A stretch of DNA of 64,000 nt, taken from the NCBI GenBank assembly GCA_963664875.1, contig OY761611.1:512001-576000 (forward strand), in the 5' to 3' direction. Positions 51,065-61,600 of the stretch are shown piece after piece. Every line of letters starts with the position of its first letter. Within the stretch, counting starts at the first letter, position 1. The notes below the pieces were generated by a model. The model was not told the DNA's origin. It did not search any database and saw only the letters and a program-made list of their open reading frames with translations. Both the position numbers and the translations under genes were made by a program. The stretch comes from Candidatus Kapaibacterium sp. (lineage in GTDB: Bacteria > Bacteroidota > Ignavibacteria > Kapaibacteriales > UBA2268).

Positions 51065-52363
51065 CTATTTGACTCCGGGAAAACTTAATTTGAAAGTAGT
51101 GCCTCTTCCCTGTTCCGTTAGGACAGATATTCTGCCATAATGCTGCTCTATTATATATTTTGAAATATATAAACCCAATCCATGCTGCAAAGAATCTACA
51201 GAATATGGCTCAAATATATTACTAATAATCTCATCATCAATGCCTATGCCGTTATCAGATATATTGATTGATATCCGGTTGCCTTGATTAGAATAAACTC
51301 CAATTTTAATAGCTCCACCATCAGGCATATATTTTGAAGAATATAAAATTAGATTCATTATTGCCTGTTCTAAGTGTGGTTTGATTGCCAATATTCGAAT
51401 TTCATCATCTTCATAATCAGAAACCAACTCAATACCTTCTCTTTCTAATTTGTTTTTCGTAAATAGAATTACTTCATCTATCACAGAACATATATTCAGA
51501 GATTCAATTTGTTCTTTTGAGAAATCTGAAGCAGCAATTTTTTTGATTCTACTATTGAGCTTATAAATTTTATTAATTTCATTTTTGATAACATCTATTC
51601 TTTTTTGGGGATTGCCAACACCACTTTCCATTAGGTCTAAGTTCGTATTTATAACCATCAATGGCGCCTCAATCTCTTCTGAAAATGAAGCAGTAAGCTC
51701 ACCAAGTGATGAAAACTTTGCAGATTCAAGCATTCGTTTATTAAGTAAATCCATTCTTCGGTTGAGATTGGCAATAGTATCTAAGGATAGAATATTAAAA
51801 GCAGCAGCTGCTGCATTTTCAGCTATCATCTCTATTTCGTCAATATCTTCTTTATTAAAGTCATTAGCTGCAAGTGGGGTTTTGCCTATAAAAATACCAA
51901 AAGCCTCACCTGCAAGTGCAATTGGAGAAAGAAAGAAATAATTGCTTTCTTCCGGGGAAATTGTATTGGGGATTATTGAAGTCTCTTTATTTTCACAAAT
52001 CCAGTCTAAAATTCCTTCTTCTTCTAAACTCATCATATCCTTTATCAGATTACTCTCTTCATTCATTGAGTAATCTATTTTTCTATCTTTGTCTGTTCTA
52101 AATATTGTGCATTCTACTAAGTCAAACATTTTGGAACAAAACGCCTGAAGTGCTTGCAATATATCATCAGTAGAAGAATAATTCAGAAAGTCTATATCTA
52201 CTTCATGAGGCAAAGCGGATGGTGTGATTATTTGCGGAGAAGTTTTTATGTTTTTCCTTAAATCATCAACTTCCTTTCTAAGAATTTTCACAGATAGCTC
52301 TAAAGATTTAATATAATCTTCCTGAGCTTTAGCAATATCAGTATTTTGTTTTTGCTTTGCCAT
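51065..52363 (-). CDS. GAF + NtrB-type histidine kinase homologue lacking the phospho-His (pseudo-kinase)
   Basis: SSLGELTASFSEEIEAPL aligns to LGEL.A..AHEINNPL; DNGIGI, IFEPY and GLGL retained. Confidence 0.82.
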   Translation of the reverse strand: MAKQKQNTDIAKAQEDYIKSLELSVKILRKEVDDLRKNIKTSPQIITPSALPHEVDIDFLNYSSTDDILQALQAFCSKMFDLVECTIFRTDKDRKIDYSMNEESNLIKDMMSLEEEGILDWICENKETSIIPNTISPEESNYFFLSPIALAGEAFGIFIGKTPLAANDFNKEDIDEIEMIAENAAAAAFNILSLDTIANLNRRMDLLNKRMLESAKFSSLGELTASFSEEIEAPLMVINTNLDLMESGVGNPQKRIDVIKNEINKIYKLNSRIKKIAASDFSKEQIESLNICSVIDEVILFTKNKLEREGIELVSDYEDDEIRILAIKPHLEQAIMNLILYSSKYMPDGGAIKIGVYSNQGNRISINISDNGIGIDDEIISNIFEPYSVDSLQHGLGLYISKYIIEQHYGRISVLTEQGRGTTFKLSFPGVK

Positions 52364-52368
52364 ATTTT

Positions 52369-53325
52369 TTAAGCTATAGATTTAGTAGAAAAAGATTTAA
52401 AAACTGATGCTTTTTCGAATTCTTCAGTCAATTCTTGTTTTAAAATAGTAAAAGCACTGTTTTTATCCAAAAAATCAGAATCATCTTCCCCGTCAAATAT
52501 CTCATTTGATAGATAAAGCGGAGCAGGCTTTTTGTCCATCGACCAAGACATATAGCCCATTTGCTTTGCAAACCACTCTGACATGGAGACAATAGCTGTC
52601 AACGGTTCATCAATTGCACCAAAAGCAGTGTTATCAGAGTTAGCTTGAATATCTTTACCATCTTTAACTTTTTCTTCTAATATATCCATAAAATATGTAT
52701 GGTGATTAGATATAGCATTACACAATCTATCAGGTAAGTTCCATTTTTCTGCAATCCATGCACCTATTTCTGCATGTGTTGTTTCCAATATTTCTTGCTC
52801 TGCTTCCGGTAAAGACAAAGATTTTGTTTCTTGTATTTCTCTTATTTTGACAAAATCAGTATGAAATGATTCGACTAATACCAACACACCTATATCATGC
52901 ATCAAACCGGTAACAAATGCCTCTCCGGCAAGTCTGTATCCTAACTTTCGAGCAAGTACTCTGGAAGATGTACCGCAAAAAACTGAATACTGCCAAAAAG
53001 AATTTACGTCAAATGATGACTTTTGGATTTTACTGAAAAACTTCTGTATTATTAAGCTCAAAATGATTTCTTTAATTGTATTGAGCCCCATAACCACTAC
53101 AGCTAAATCTATTGTTGATATTTTTCTGGCAAAGCCATAAAAAGGAGAATTCGCTACTTTTAAAACCTTTAGAGTTAGGGACTGATCATTTTCAATTATT
53201 TTTGCCAAACTTGCAGCACTAACATCAGGATTGTCTAATGCAGACAAAACCTGCGACATAACTGTTGGTATCGTAGGCAAATCTTTTAGAGACTCTAATT
53301 TTCTTTGTACCTTTTTACTAAGCAT
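52369..53325 (-). CDS. HDOD domain protein
   Basis: LPTIP, D..LT.KVLKVANSPFYG, AF..GLMHDIG, HAEIGAWIAEKWNLP, AI.NHH. Confidence 0.93.
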   Translation of the reverse strand: MLSKKVQRKLESLKDLPTIPTVMSQVLSALDNPDVSAASLAKIIENDQSLTLKVLKVANSPFYGFARKISTIDLAVVVMGLNTIKEIILSLIIQKFFSKIQKSSFDVNSFWQYSVFCGTSSRVLARKLGYRLAGEAFVTGLMHDIGVLVLVESFHTDFVKIREIQETKSLSLPEAEQEILETTHAEIGAWIAEKWNLPDRLCNAISNHHTYFMDILEEKVKDGKDIQANSDNTAFGAIDEPLTAIVSMSEWFAKQMGYMSWSMDKKPAPLYLSNEIFDGEDDSDFLDKNSAFTILKQELTEEFEKASVFKSFSTKSIA

Positions 53326-54106
53326 TTTGAAATTCTTTCATTTTTTTTCTGAGATCTTTCATAACCTGACTGTGTATCTGACAAACTCTACTTTCCGATA
53401 CATCAATAAGCTTACCAATCTCTTTGAATGTTAGCTCTTCATAGTAATACAATGTAATAACTAATCTTTTCTTTTCCGGTAAATTTTGTAGATGTAAAAC
53501 TAAATGGTCCAATTTTTCTTCGTTTGTAATGGCATCTAAAGTTGATATTTGATCGTTGTCAGGAATCTCTTCCATCAGGTTTACATCATTATCATCAATA
53601 TTAAGAGGCATACTAAAAGATTCGTTCATAGAAAGAGAAGCTTTAGCAGCAGCAGCTGCAGCTAAGTAAGAATGGTACTGTTCGGGAGTTACCTGCAATT
53701 TCTTCATTATTTCATCAGGACTGATATCCGAACCTTTTTCAGTTCTCAGTTGGTCACTTGCATTGATGTATTCCGTTGCTTTTTTCCTTGCAGTCCTCGA
53801 AAGCCAATCTAATTTCCTTAATTCATCTTGAATAATTCCTCTGATTCTCGGGATTGCATACGATTCAAATTTCACCCCTCGTTCAGGGTCAAATCTTTTG
53901 ATAGATTCGTATAATCCTAAAATACCAAAATTCAGGAAATCATCCTCAGCGAGAAATGAATTACCGGGTAAGTGCATCTGCTGAATTACATATTTAATAA
54001 GCCATACATAATTCAAGACCAATTTATCCAAAGCATCTTTATCTTCATAAGAAGACTGAAACAATCTGTTCCACTCTTGGGTCATATCTACATTTTTTTT
54101 AGACAT
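53318..54106 (-). CDS. fliA: FliA/WhiG family sigma factor (sigma28)
   Basis: G..GL...I.RFDPERGVKFESYA.PRIRG.I.DELR.LDW; LYYYEELT.KEIG...VSESRVCQIH. Confidence 0.93.
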   Translation of the reverse strand: MSKKNVDMTQEWNRLFQSSYEDKDALDKLVLNYVWLIKYVIQQMHLPGNSFLAEDDFLNFGILGLYESIKRFDPERGVKFESYAIPRIRGIIQDELRKLDWLSRTARKKATEYINASDQLRTEKGSDISPDEIMKKLQVTPEQYHSYLAAAAAAKASLSMNESFSMPLNIDDNDVNLMEEIPDNDQISTLDAITNEEKLDHLVLHLQNLPEKKRLVITLYYYEELTFKEIGKLIDVSESRVCQIHSQVMKDLRKKMKEFQNA

Positions 54107-54125
54107 ATATTCTTATAACCCCTTT

Positions 54126-54974
54126 CTATTCATTTCTTCCATGTTTTTCAATATCCGGATAATCTTCTAAAGGAATAAATTCTTTCATTTGATTACCATC
54201 GGATTGAGCCTCTTCACTGTCTTCCATTTCTAAATCCATTTCAGGATTTGGAATATTTGTACTCTTGTTTTGTCCGGTTTTGGCATTTGTATTTACATCG
54301 CCAAGCTCTAAATCTATATCATATTTTTCTTTAGGTTCTTTAAATTCCGGCAAAGTAGGATTATCTAAATCTGTTTCTCCTAACATCTCGTTTATGATAC
54401 TGCCGGTAACCTCATCATTAGAAGCCTGCAGCTCTTTTTGAGTTTTATTTTTCAATTTCAGAGTTTCAGCCATTCTTCTTTCTTTAATCTCTTTTTCTAA
54501 GTCTTGCAGCTCTTGTAGTTCTTGCTGTTTAATCAGATCTTCTTCTACTCTGAGATTCATTTCTTCCTGTTTAGCCATTTCTATTAACTCAAGCTTTTTA
54601 TCTTCAGCTAACATATAGACATAAACAGACATCGCTCCGCCAAAAACCAAATATTGAACAAGCAATAAAAATGCTGTCCATTTTACAATGGATATTATAC
54701 TCATATCTGTAACAAATAAGAAAAAGATAAGAATCAGTAGAGTCAACATTGATATTACAAGATTTAGTATCTTATAAGGAAAATTTATCTCTTTTCTAAT
54801 TCTTTTCTTTTCTTGCTTGATTTTCTTATTTAGCTTAGCTTCTCGGCGCTTTTTGCGTTTATCGCGTTCCTTTTTTCTTTTTTCACGCTCAGCAAGCTCC
54901 GCTTTCTCAAGAGCTAATCTTTCCTTTTCCCTCTTCTTTTCTTCAGGCGTCATTTGTTTTTTTTCTGCAGCCAT
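54126..54974 (-). CDS. Hypothetical two-TM protein with basic N-terminus and acidic C-terminus
   Basis: K/R/E-rich first ~60 aa, two TM helices, coiled coil, D/E-rich tail. Confidence 0.75.
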   Translation of the reverse strand: MAAEKKQMTPEEKKREKERLALEKAELAEREKRKKERDKRKKRREAKLNKKIKQEKKRIRKEINFPYKILNLVISMLTLLILIFFLFVTDMSIISIVKWTAFLLLVQYLVFGGAMSVYVYMLAEDKKLELIEMAKQEEMNLRVEEDLIKQQELQELQDLEKEIKERRMAETLKLKNKTQKELQASNDEVTGSIINEMLGETDLDNPTLPEFKEPKEKYDIDLELGDVNTNAKTGQNKSTNIPNPEMDLEMEDSEEAQSDGNQMKEFIPLEDYPDIEKHGRNE

Positions 54975-55027
54975 AAGTCTAAACCTGAATTAGTGGGCAA
55001 TCCTTTGCCGTAATAAAAAAAACGATA

Positions 55028-55840
55028 CTATCTTTGTTGTATTTTTGAAATAATTGAAGATGCAATTTTTGATATCGCGTAATATACCTCAGAATCTCTA
55101 TATGCATCTATAAATAAATTTTGATTTAGAATCGATTGACGAATATTTCGATCATACGGTACATATCCAAATATAGCAAATTTATTGTCTAAAAACTCTT
55201 TTGTTGCCGAATTTAGTTTTGTAGAAATGTCTTCTGCGTCTTCATAATCAATAACATTGTTAACTAATAGTTGTATCTTGTCATCTGCGACGTGGTCGCG
55301 CAATATTTTTATTAACGCATAAGCATCAAGTAAACTGGTTGGTTCATCAGTTACTGTTACAACAGTTAAATCTGATATTCTGCATGTATTTAGTACCTCA
55401 GAAGATGCCCCGGCAGCAGTATCAAATATAATAAAATCATAATCACTTTCTGTAATTATCTCTGCAAATGCCGGCAATATTGCACTCCCGTCAAAAATAT
55501 CCCTTCCGGTAGAAATTGGAATATCAGCAATCAAATCGAGGTTGTTGCCAATATTAAAAATAGTTTGTGAGGCAGACACTCTCCCTGCGTATAAATCAGT
55601 TGCTCTTACAGGAGGTTCCACGCCGAATATTAAATGCAAATTTGGAAATAGCATATCTGTATCCCAAATAAGAACTTTGCAATCCTTTTGAGACAGAGAT
55701 TTTGCAATATTTGCGGATAAGACACTCTTGCCTACTCCACCTTTACCGCTGCAAACAGTAATAATGTAGGGAAGTTGCTTTTCTACAACTGCAGTTTGTT
55801 TGTTATATATATGCTTTTCGTTCATATTATATAATATCAT
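55028..55840 (-). CDS. flhG: FlhG/FleN-like MinD-family ATPase
   Basis: SGKGGVGKS deviant Walker A, DTAAG, EPTSLLDAYALIK; directly downstream of flhF. Confidence 0.88.
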   Translation of the reverse strand: MILYNMNEKHIYNKQTAVVEKQLPYIITVCSGKGGVGKSVLSANIAKSLSQKDCKVLIWDTDMLFPNLHLIFGVEPPVRATDLYAGRVSASQTIFNIGNNLDLIADIPISTGRDIFDGSAILPAFAEIITESDYDFIIFDTAAGASSEVLNTCRISDLTVVTVTDEPTSLLDAYALIKILRDHVADDKIQLLVNNVIDYEDAEDISTKLNSATKEFLDNKFAIFGYVPYDRNIRQSILNQNLFIDAYRDSEVYYAISKIASSIISKIQQR

Positions 55841-56954
55841 CAGGAAGAATTATTTTACTTAACTTTGCACGATCAGCCGGTTCTAAATCCTCTGGTATCT
55901 TTTGTCCTGATGAGACATAAACCAGAGGCAAATCGGTTCTAGAAAGAATTGGCAATATCGAGCCAATCTCTTCTGTTTCATCAAGTTTTGTCAAAATCAG
56001 TCCATTAGGTTTAAACCTGTCATATATCTTTAGCGATTTCTCAAATGTATGCCTATTGACCGCTGCGCTTTCTACAAGGTAAACTATGGCGTTAGGCACT
56101 GCATCTAAAAATAACTTTAACTCATCTAAATGCTCAGTATCCTTATAGCTTTTACCGGAAGTATCGATAAAGATAAAATCTCTTTTCTCTTCTTCATTTA
56201 TTAAGTTTTTCAACTCATCAGGAGAATAGACAGACTTAAAAGGCATCGAAACAATTGACGCAAATGTCTGTAACTGTTCTGCTCCTCCTACTTTATATGT
56301 ATCAGCAGATACTAACAAAATATTTGCTTTCGAGAGTATTTTATTTACAACAGCTATTTTGACTAATGTACTTGTCTTTCCAACACCGCTATGTCCTATA
56401 AAAACAACTATTTGCCTTTGATCTTTTTTAATCAGAGGTCGCATTGTGTCTAATCTTTCAACAATAACCTTTCTGGCTAATGCATAAGCTTCTTCATATT
56501 TTGCATTGGAGTTATAAGCAGATACTCTTGCCACAACTTCAATTGCATATTTCTCAATAAGTCCGCCATCGATAAGTTTTTTATATAGTTTTGCAAACCC
56601 CTCATTTAAAAAACTCTTATAATGATATTTCATATTTTCTGAAATATCCAGTACTAAATCTTTCAATGCTTCAATCTCACTTTTGATATCAGTATTATAT
56701 GAGCTTGAGAATTGGTCATTATTGTCAGATTTTTTTCGACTTAATGCATTGATTAAAGCAGATCGTTTATCATTGGCTGGTTTTATATTGTCTTGCTTAT
56801 CATCAGTAGCTGCTACAATTTCGACTCCTTCTCCACCGGTCTCAGGATTGATGATTGATCTAGATGACAAGATAACTGCATCCTCACCAAGTTCGGCGAG
56901 AATGTGTCTTTTGCCTTCAGACAGAGTGTTTGCTATATACTTTTTTATTTTCAT
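55827..56954 (-). CDS. flhF: Flagellar SRP-family GTPase FlhF
   Basis: MKIKKY.A......I..ELGEDAVILS N-terminus, G.GKTST, EQL, TKLDET, GQKIPEDL. Confidence 0.92.
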   Translation of the reverse strand: MKIKKYIANTLSEGKRHILAELGEDAVILSSRSIINPETGGEGVEIVAATDDKQDNIKPANDKRSALINALSRKKSDNNDQFSSSYNTDIKSEIEALKDLVLDISENMKYHYKSFLNEGFAKLYKKLIDGGLIEKYAIEVVARVSAYNSNAKYEEAYALARKVIVERLDTMRPLIKKDQRQIVVFIGHSGVGKTSTLVKIAVVNKILSKANILLVSADTYKVGGAEQLQTFASIVSMPFKSVYSPDELKNLINEEEKRDFIFIDTSGKSYKDTEHLDELKLFLDAVPNAIVYLVESAAVNRHTFEKSLKIYDRFKPNGLILTKLDETEEIGSILPILSRTDLPLVYVSSGQKIPEDLEPADRAKLSKIILPDDII

Positions 56955-56984
56955 AACTAATCTTGTAAATTTTTACTCAAAGAC

Positions 56985-57000
56985 AGAAAAAATCGTGCCA
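56985..57000 (-). promoter_or_regulatory. Sigma54-like promoter upstream of flhF
   Basis: Minus strand TGGCACGATTTTTTCT: perfect -24 box TGGCACG, -12 variant TTTC, 30 nt upstream of the ATG. Confidence 0.55.
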
Positions 57001-57170
57001 TTCTTACGTTTACTGAATATTTTTAGCTATATATTGGTATAGATTATAGCATTACATATAAGTTATCTGATTATTAGATTCAATATAATTGTTATAGCTG
57101 TACTTCGTATCAACTTTTCTTTTCTCTCGATAATATGTATTTTGTGTATTCGTGATAAAAGTATCGATAA

Positions 57171-58592
57171 ATGCAAAACTATATAAGGAATTTTAGAATG
57201 TCAATGAGAATTGAAAAAGATTCTATGGGCGAAATCCAAGTACCTATAGATGTTTATTATGGAGCACAATCTGCACGCTCCCTTATTCATTTTAACATCG
57301 GTATCGAAAAAATGCCTCGTGAAGTAATCAGGGGTATGGGGATTTTAAAAAAAGCTGCAGCTTTAACTAATGCAAAATTAGGAGTTTTGTCGCAGGATAA
57401 ATGCGAAATGATTTGTAAAGCAGCTGATGAAGTTATTGAAGGCAAGTTAGACAATCACTTCCCACTATCAATCTGGCAAACCGGTTCGGGAACTCAGTCC
57501 AATATGAACAGCAACGAAGTAATTGCAAACAGAGCAATAGAAATGGCTGGTGGGGTCATGGGCTCAAAATCTCCTATCCACCCAAATGATGATGTAAATA
57601 AATCTCAAAGCTCTAATGATACATTCCCTACTGCAATGCATATATCTGCTGCTGAAGATTTGAATAACAGATTGCTTCCTGCTATAAAAATTCTTAGAGA
57701 TACTTTAAATGCAAAATCAAATGAATTTCAAGATATTATAAAAGTTGGAAGAACTCACCTTCAGGATGCGGTTCCTCTTACATTAGGGCAGGAAATTTCA
57801 GGTTGGGTTCAGCAGCTTGATAATGCTATTGAAAGAGTAAAATTGGTACTTCCGGGATTATATGAATTAGCTCTCGGTGGCACAGCTGTTGGGACTGGCT
57901 TAAATGCTCATCCTGATTTTGCAAAAACTTCCGCTGCTCAGATAGCAGAACTTACAGGTCTTCCATTTGTTTCCGCTCCTAACAAATTTGAAGCGTTAGC
58001 TGCACACGATGCTATTGTTTTTGCACATGGTGCATTGAAAACATTAGCTGCTTCGCTAATGAAAATTGCAAACGATGTTAGATGGTTGGCTTCCGGTCCT
58101 CGATGTGGTATCGGTGAGTTGATTATCCCAGAAAATGAACCAGGTTCTTCTATAATGCCCGGAAAAGTAAATCCAACTCAATCAGAAGCAATGACTATGG
58201 TAGTAGCTCAGGTTATGGGTAATGATGCCACTATCAATTTTGCCGGCTCTCAAGGTAACTTCGAGCTGAATGTATTCAAGCCTGTTATGATTTACAATTT
58301 CTTGCAAAGCTCACGTTTGCTCTCTGATACTATGACCATGTTTAACGAACATTGTGCTGTTGGTATCCAACCAAACAGAGAAAAAATTGAATACTTACTC
58401 CAAAATACTTTAATGTTAGTCACTGCTCTAAATCCACACATTGGATATGACAACGCTGCAAAAATAGCAAAACATGCCCACAAAACAGGTGGAACATTGA
58501 AAGAAGCAGCAGTTGAGTTAGGCTTATTGACTTCCGAAGAATTTGACGCCAAAGTCAAACCTGCAGAAATGACATCGCCAAACGTGAAATAG
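57171..58592 (+). CDS. fumC: Fumarate hydratase class II
   Basis: [38 protein letters not shown]; true start may be 57198 or 57204. Confidence 0.97.
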   Translation: MQNYIRNFRMSMRIEKDSMGEIQVPIDVYYGAQSARSLIHFNIGIEKMPREVIRGMGILKKAAALTNAKLGVLSQDKCEMICKAADEVIEGKLDNHFPLSIWQTGSGTQSNMNSNEVIANRAIEMAGGVMGSKSPIHPNDDVNKSQSSNDTFPTAMHISAAEDLNNRLLPAIKILRDTLNAKSNEFQDIIKVGRTHLQDAVPLTLGQEISGWVQQLDNAIERVKLVLPGLYELALGGTAVGTGLNAHPDFAKTSAAQIAELTGLPFVSAPNKFEALAAHDAIVFAHGALKTLAASLMKIANDVRWLASGPRCGIGELIIPENEPGSSIMPGKVNPTQSEAMTMVVAQVMGNDATINFAGSQGNFELNVFKPVMIYNFLQSSRLLSDTMTMFNEHCAVGIQPNREKIEYLLQNTLMLVTALNPHIGYDNAAKIAKHAHKTGGTLKEAAVELGLLTSEEFDAKVKPAEMTSPNVK

Positions 58593-58613
58593 TTTCTATT
58601 CTTCATAAACTTC

Positions 58614-58649
58614 AGAGGCACAAACTATTGTTAGCTTGTGCCTCTTTTT
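58614..58649 (+). terminator. Intrinsic terminator after fumC
   Basis: AGAGGCACAA/TTGTGCCTCT stem followed by TTTT. Confidence 0.85.
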
Positions 58650-58686
58650 GATTGCAACACTTTTTCTCTAGTTGTATAGTAATATA

Positions 58687-61600
58687 TTACTTTACAAATT
58701 TCGTTGACTTATTCGAAGACCCATTTATGATATCTAAAATATATACACCTTTTGGATAATTAGCAAAAGGTATATCAAGATTCTCAGAAACAGAATCAAA
58801 AATATGATCATTAGAATAAACCACTTCTCCAAGCAGATTGGATATTCTGACAAATGTTCTTTGATTTGATGCATTTGTGATTTGAATATGCAAATTATTT
58901 ACGACAGGGTTTGGAGATACAGATAAAACAATATCCGAATTATACTTCTCGAAAACTGAAGTAGAAGATATTTTTATTTCCTCGATATTAGAAATTCCGG
59001 TCTGTAAATTATCTACGTTATCTGATGCAATTGTATAGAATTTAAAAATAGAATCTCTTTCTTTATCAATTGGAAAATCTATATTTTCCTTGTAAGATTC
59101 ACCAAATAGCTGATATGGAGCATTGTTGATTGAGCCGAATAAATAATATTTTCCTATTCCTGAACCTGATTTATTGTCCTGACCTGCTAACAATATTTTG
59201 AGCTCATTTTCCCCATGAGTATAACCAATAGGGTTGATTGTTGCCACAGGTGAAACATTGTCGATTATATTTATCCAAGTATTTGTTTGGATAGGCTCGT
59301 TTATATCAAAAATAATTGACGCACTATTTTTTATCTCGATTCCGGAATACACCGATTCCTTAAGAGCAACTGAGAAATCAACCCAGCCTTCACCTTGCGG
59401 AGGTGTAATATTTGGTTCTAATTCTATTCCCTCTATATACCACCTCAACACGTTTCCGTTCCTATCTATTTGCCAATCGTATTGACTACCTTCGTGACTT
59501 TTTCTTCCAAACTTAACAGTACTTAGATCAAATATCTCAGCATCTAAGGTATCCAGTATTTCTATTCTATAAGCTGCTGCACCGGCATCCTTAACATTTT
59601 CAAATTGTATTCTGTAGTTGACGACAGATAATTCTTTTACAAAATTTCGTTGTCCATGTCCGTTGGGACCTACAATTGCATTAGGATCTCGAGAAGTAAC
59701 TATTTCTTTCTCTTTGGTCTGAACAGTAATCGGTTCTGTCTTTTTATCAATTCCATAAAGCCCGAGGTCCTTATTGATCCAATGAAATATTCTTCTTCGA
59801 TAAGAATCACTAATTTTATGCACAAATTCTGCAGCACTACCTATTTTAAATAAGACTTTTGAAACAGGATTAGTATTTGATATTTTTTCTGCTACATATT
59901 TTACCGCGGTCTTAAGTACAAAGACACCTTTCCCTTCTTTCTTTTTCTTAGTTTTCAATTGGCTTACAGTCAAATTCATCGCCCGTGCGTACTCTTTGTA
60001 TTCTTCATCGCTAAGCTCGGCGAAATCACTTAGTTCTTTAGCTATATAGTCTTCTGCTTTTTCTTTACCGAGTTTCTTTCCAAAACCTGCCAATGTTAAT
60101 CTTTGAACTCCGGATAAAGTGTGATTACTAACAGAACCAATATTAGGTAAGCCTTCGACAATTACATCAAAAGAGTATTCTTCTAAAGGTCCTAAGTACG
60201 GTACAAGAAAAACTAATGCATCTTCCCTATTGCCTATTGAATCTATAGGTATTAGCTCTAAATCTCCGTTTGTTGGCAATTCGACTCCGGTAAAATGGAT
60301 TTGATCTGTATTGTCAAAACATAGTATAAACGGTTGGGTTTCAGTTTTAGAAACATTGAACAGATTTATAGTAAACCTTGTTGGTGCTGCTATCCTTACG
60401 TCATTGCGTCCTGTATAATTCATATATATTGGGGATTCAATAGGAACTCCTGCCTCTACAGAACCTATAACAAAGTCACCAAATGCAGTTAAATGTGACT
60501 CTACTTTGTTAGAAACCCCTATCTGAAAATAGTTTTCTTCTTTATTATGCTCTACAAACTCTCCGAAACTAATAAGCTCCCAACTTGTACCTTGATCAGT
60601 ACTATGAAAAACATTCAAATCGTCTTCATTCAATCCATCCAAGTCTTTATCTTCATAATGCAATGTCATAATGTAACTGTAATTTTGCAATTCACCTATA
60701 GGCTCAATCCGCCACCATCTACTAATAGTTCCTTCGATATTAGGATATTTTTGCTGATATGTAGTTATTTCTGTCCCTTTATAAATCCCATCCCAGTTTC
60801 TAAGTTGATAGTATAAGAAACTTTCGTTCGGAGAATCAAAGGTGTTGTAGCTCCACGAATTATTTACATAATGGACTCTATAAAAATCACCATCAATATT
60901 AAATTTTGCCCCATTATTACTAATATAAAGTGAGCTTCCAGATTGATTATCCAAATATAACGTAGTATTTATAGGAACTTGCAAATCTGCATAAAGTTCT
61001 AATTTACCGGCAATATGAGTATTTCCAAATATACTATAGCTGCCACCCGGGGCTTTGTAATCTTCGTTGTAGATATAAACATTAGACTGAAAATCTCCAC
61101 CAAATAGTCTGTTTTCATTTTTGGTATAGAGGTAAAGATTAGATATTCCTGTACTACCGTAGTTATAGCAATCTCCGATTACTGAAATTTTAAAGCTTAT
61201 CGGTGCAACTAAATTCCCATCGACAAGTAATGTATCATGGCTCAATAAGCCATAATTATAAAATTTTCCGGTTACGTTAATTGGCGTAAGATGTTTACCT
61301 GATGATACCACAACATTATCGTCCACCGTAAAGTCGCCTACGATTTCCATATGCTTAATAATTGCAAAAGTCGGACTTTTGATTGTTATATTTCCGTCTA
61401 TTGTCCCGTATAATATAGACTTATCAATATTAAAGACAGAACTATTTGTTTGAATCCTTACCCTAAAATCAGAGTTGGTATTGAATGTATTATAATAGCC
61501 GTCATAAGTAGGTTCATCACCGGTTAAAAACACATCATATCCATCTAAATTAAGCATTTGCTGAGGATTAGAACTGGAAGTAACAATTGTATTTTTAAAC

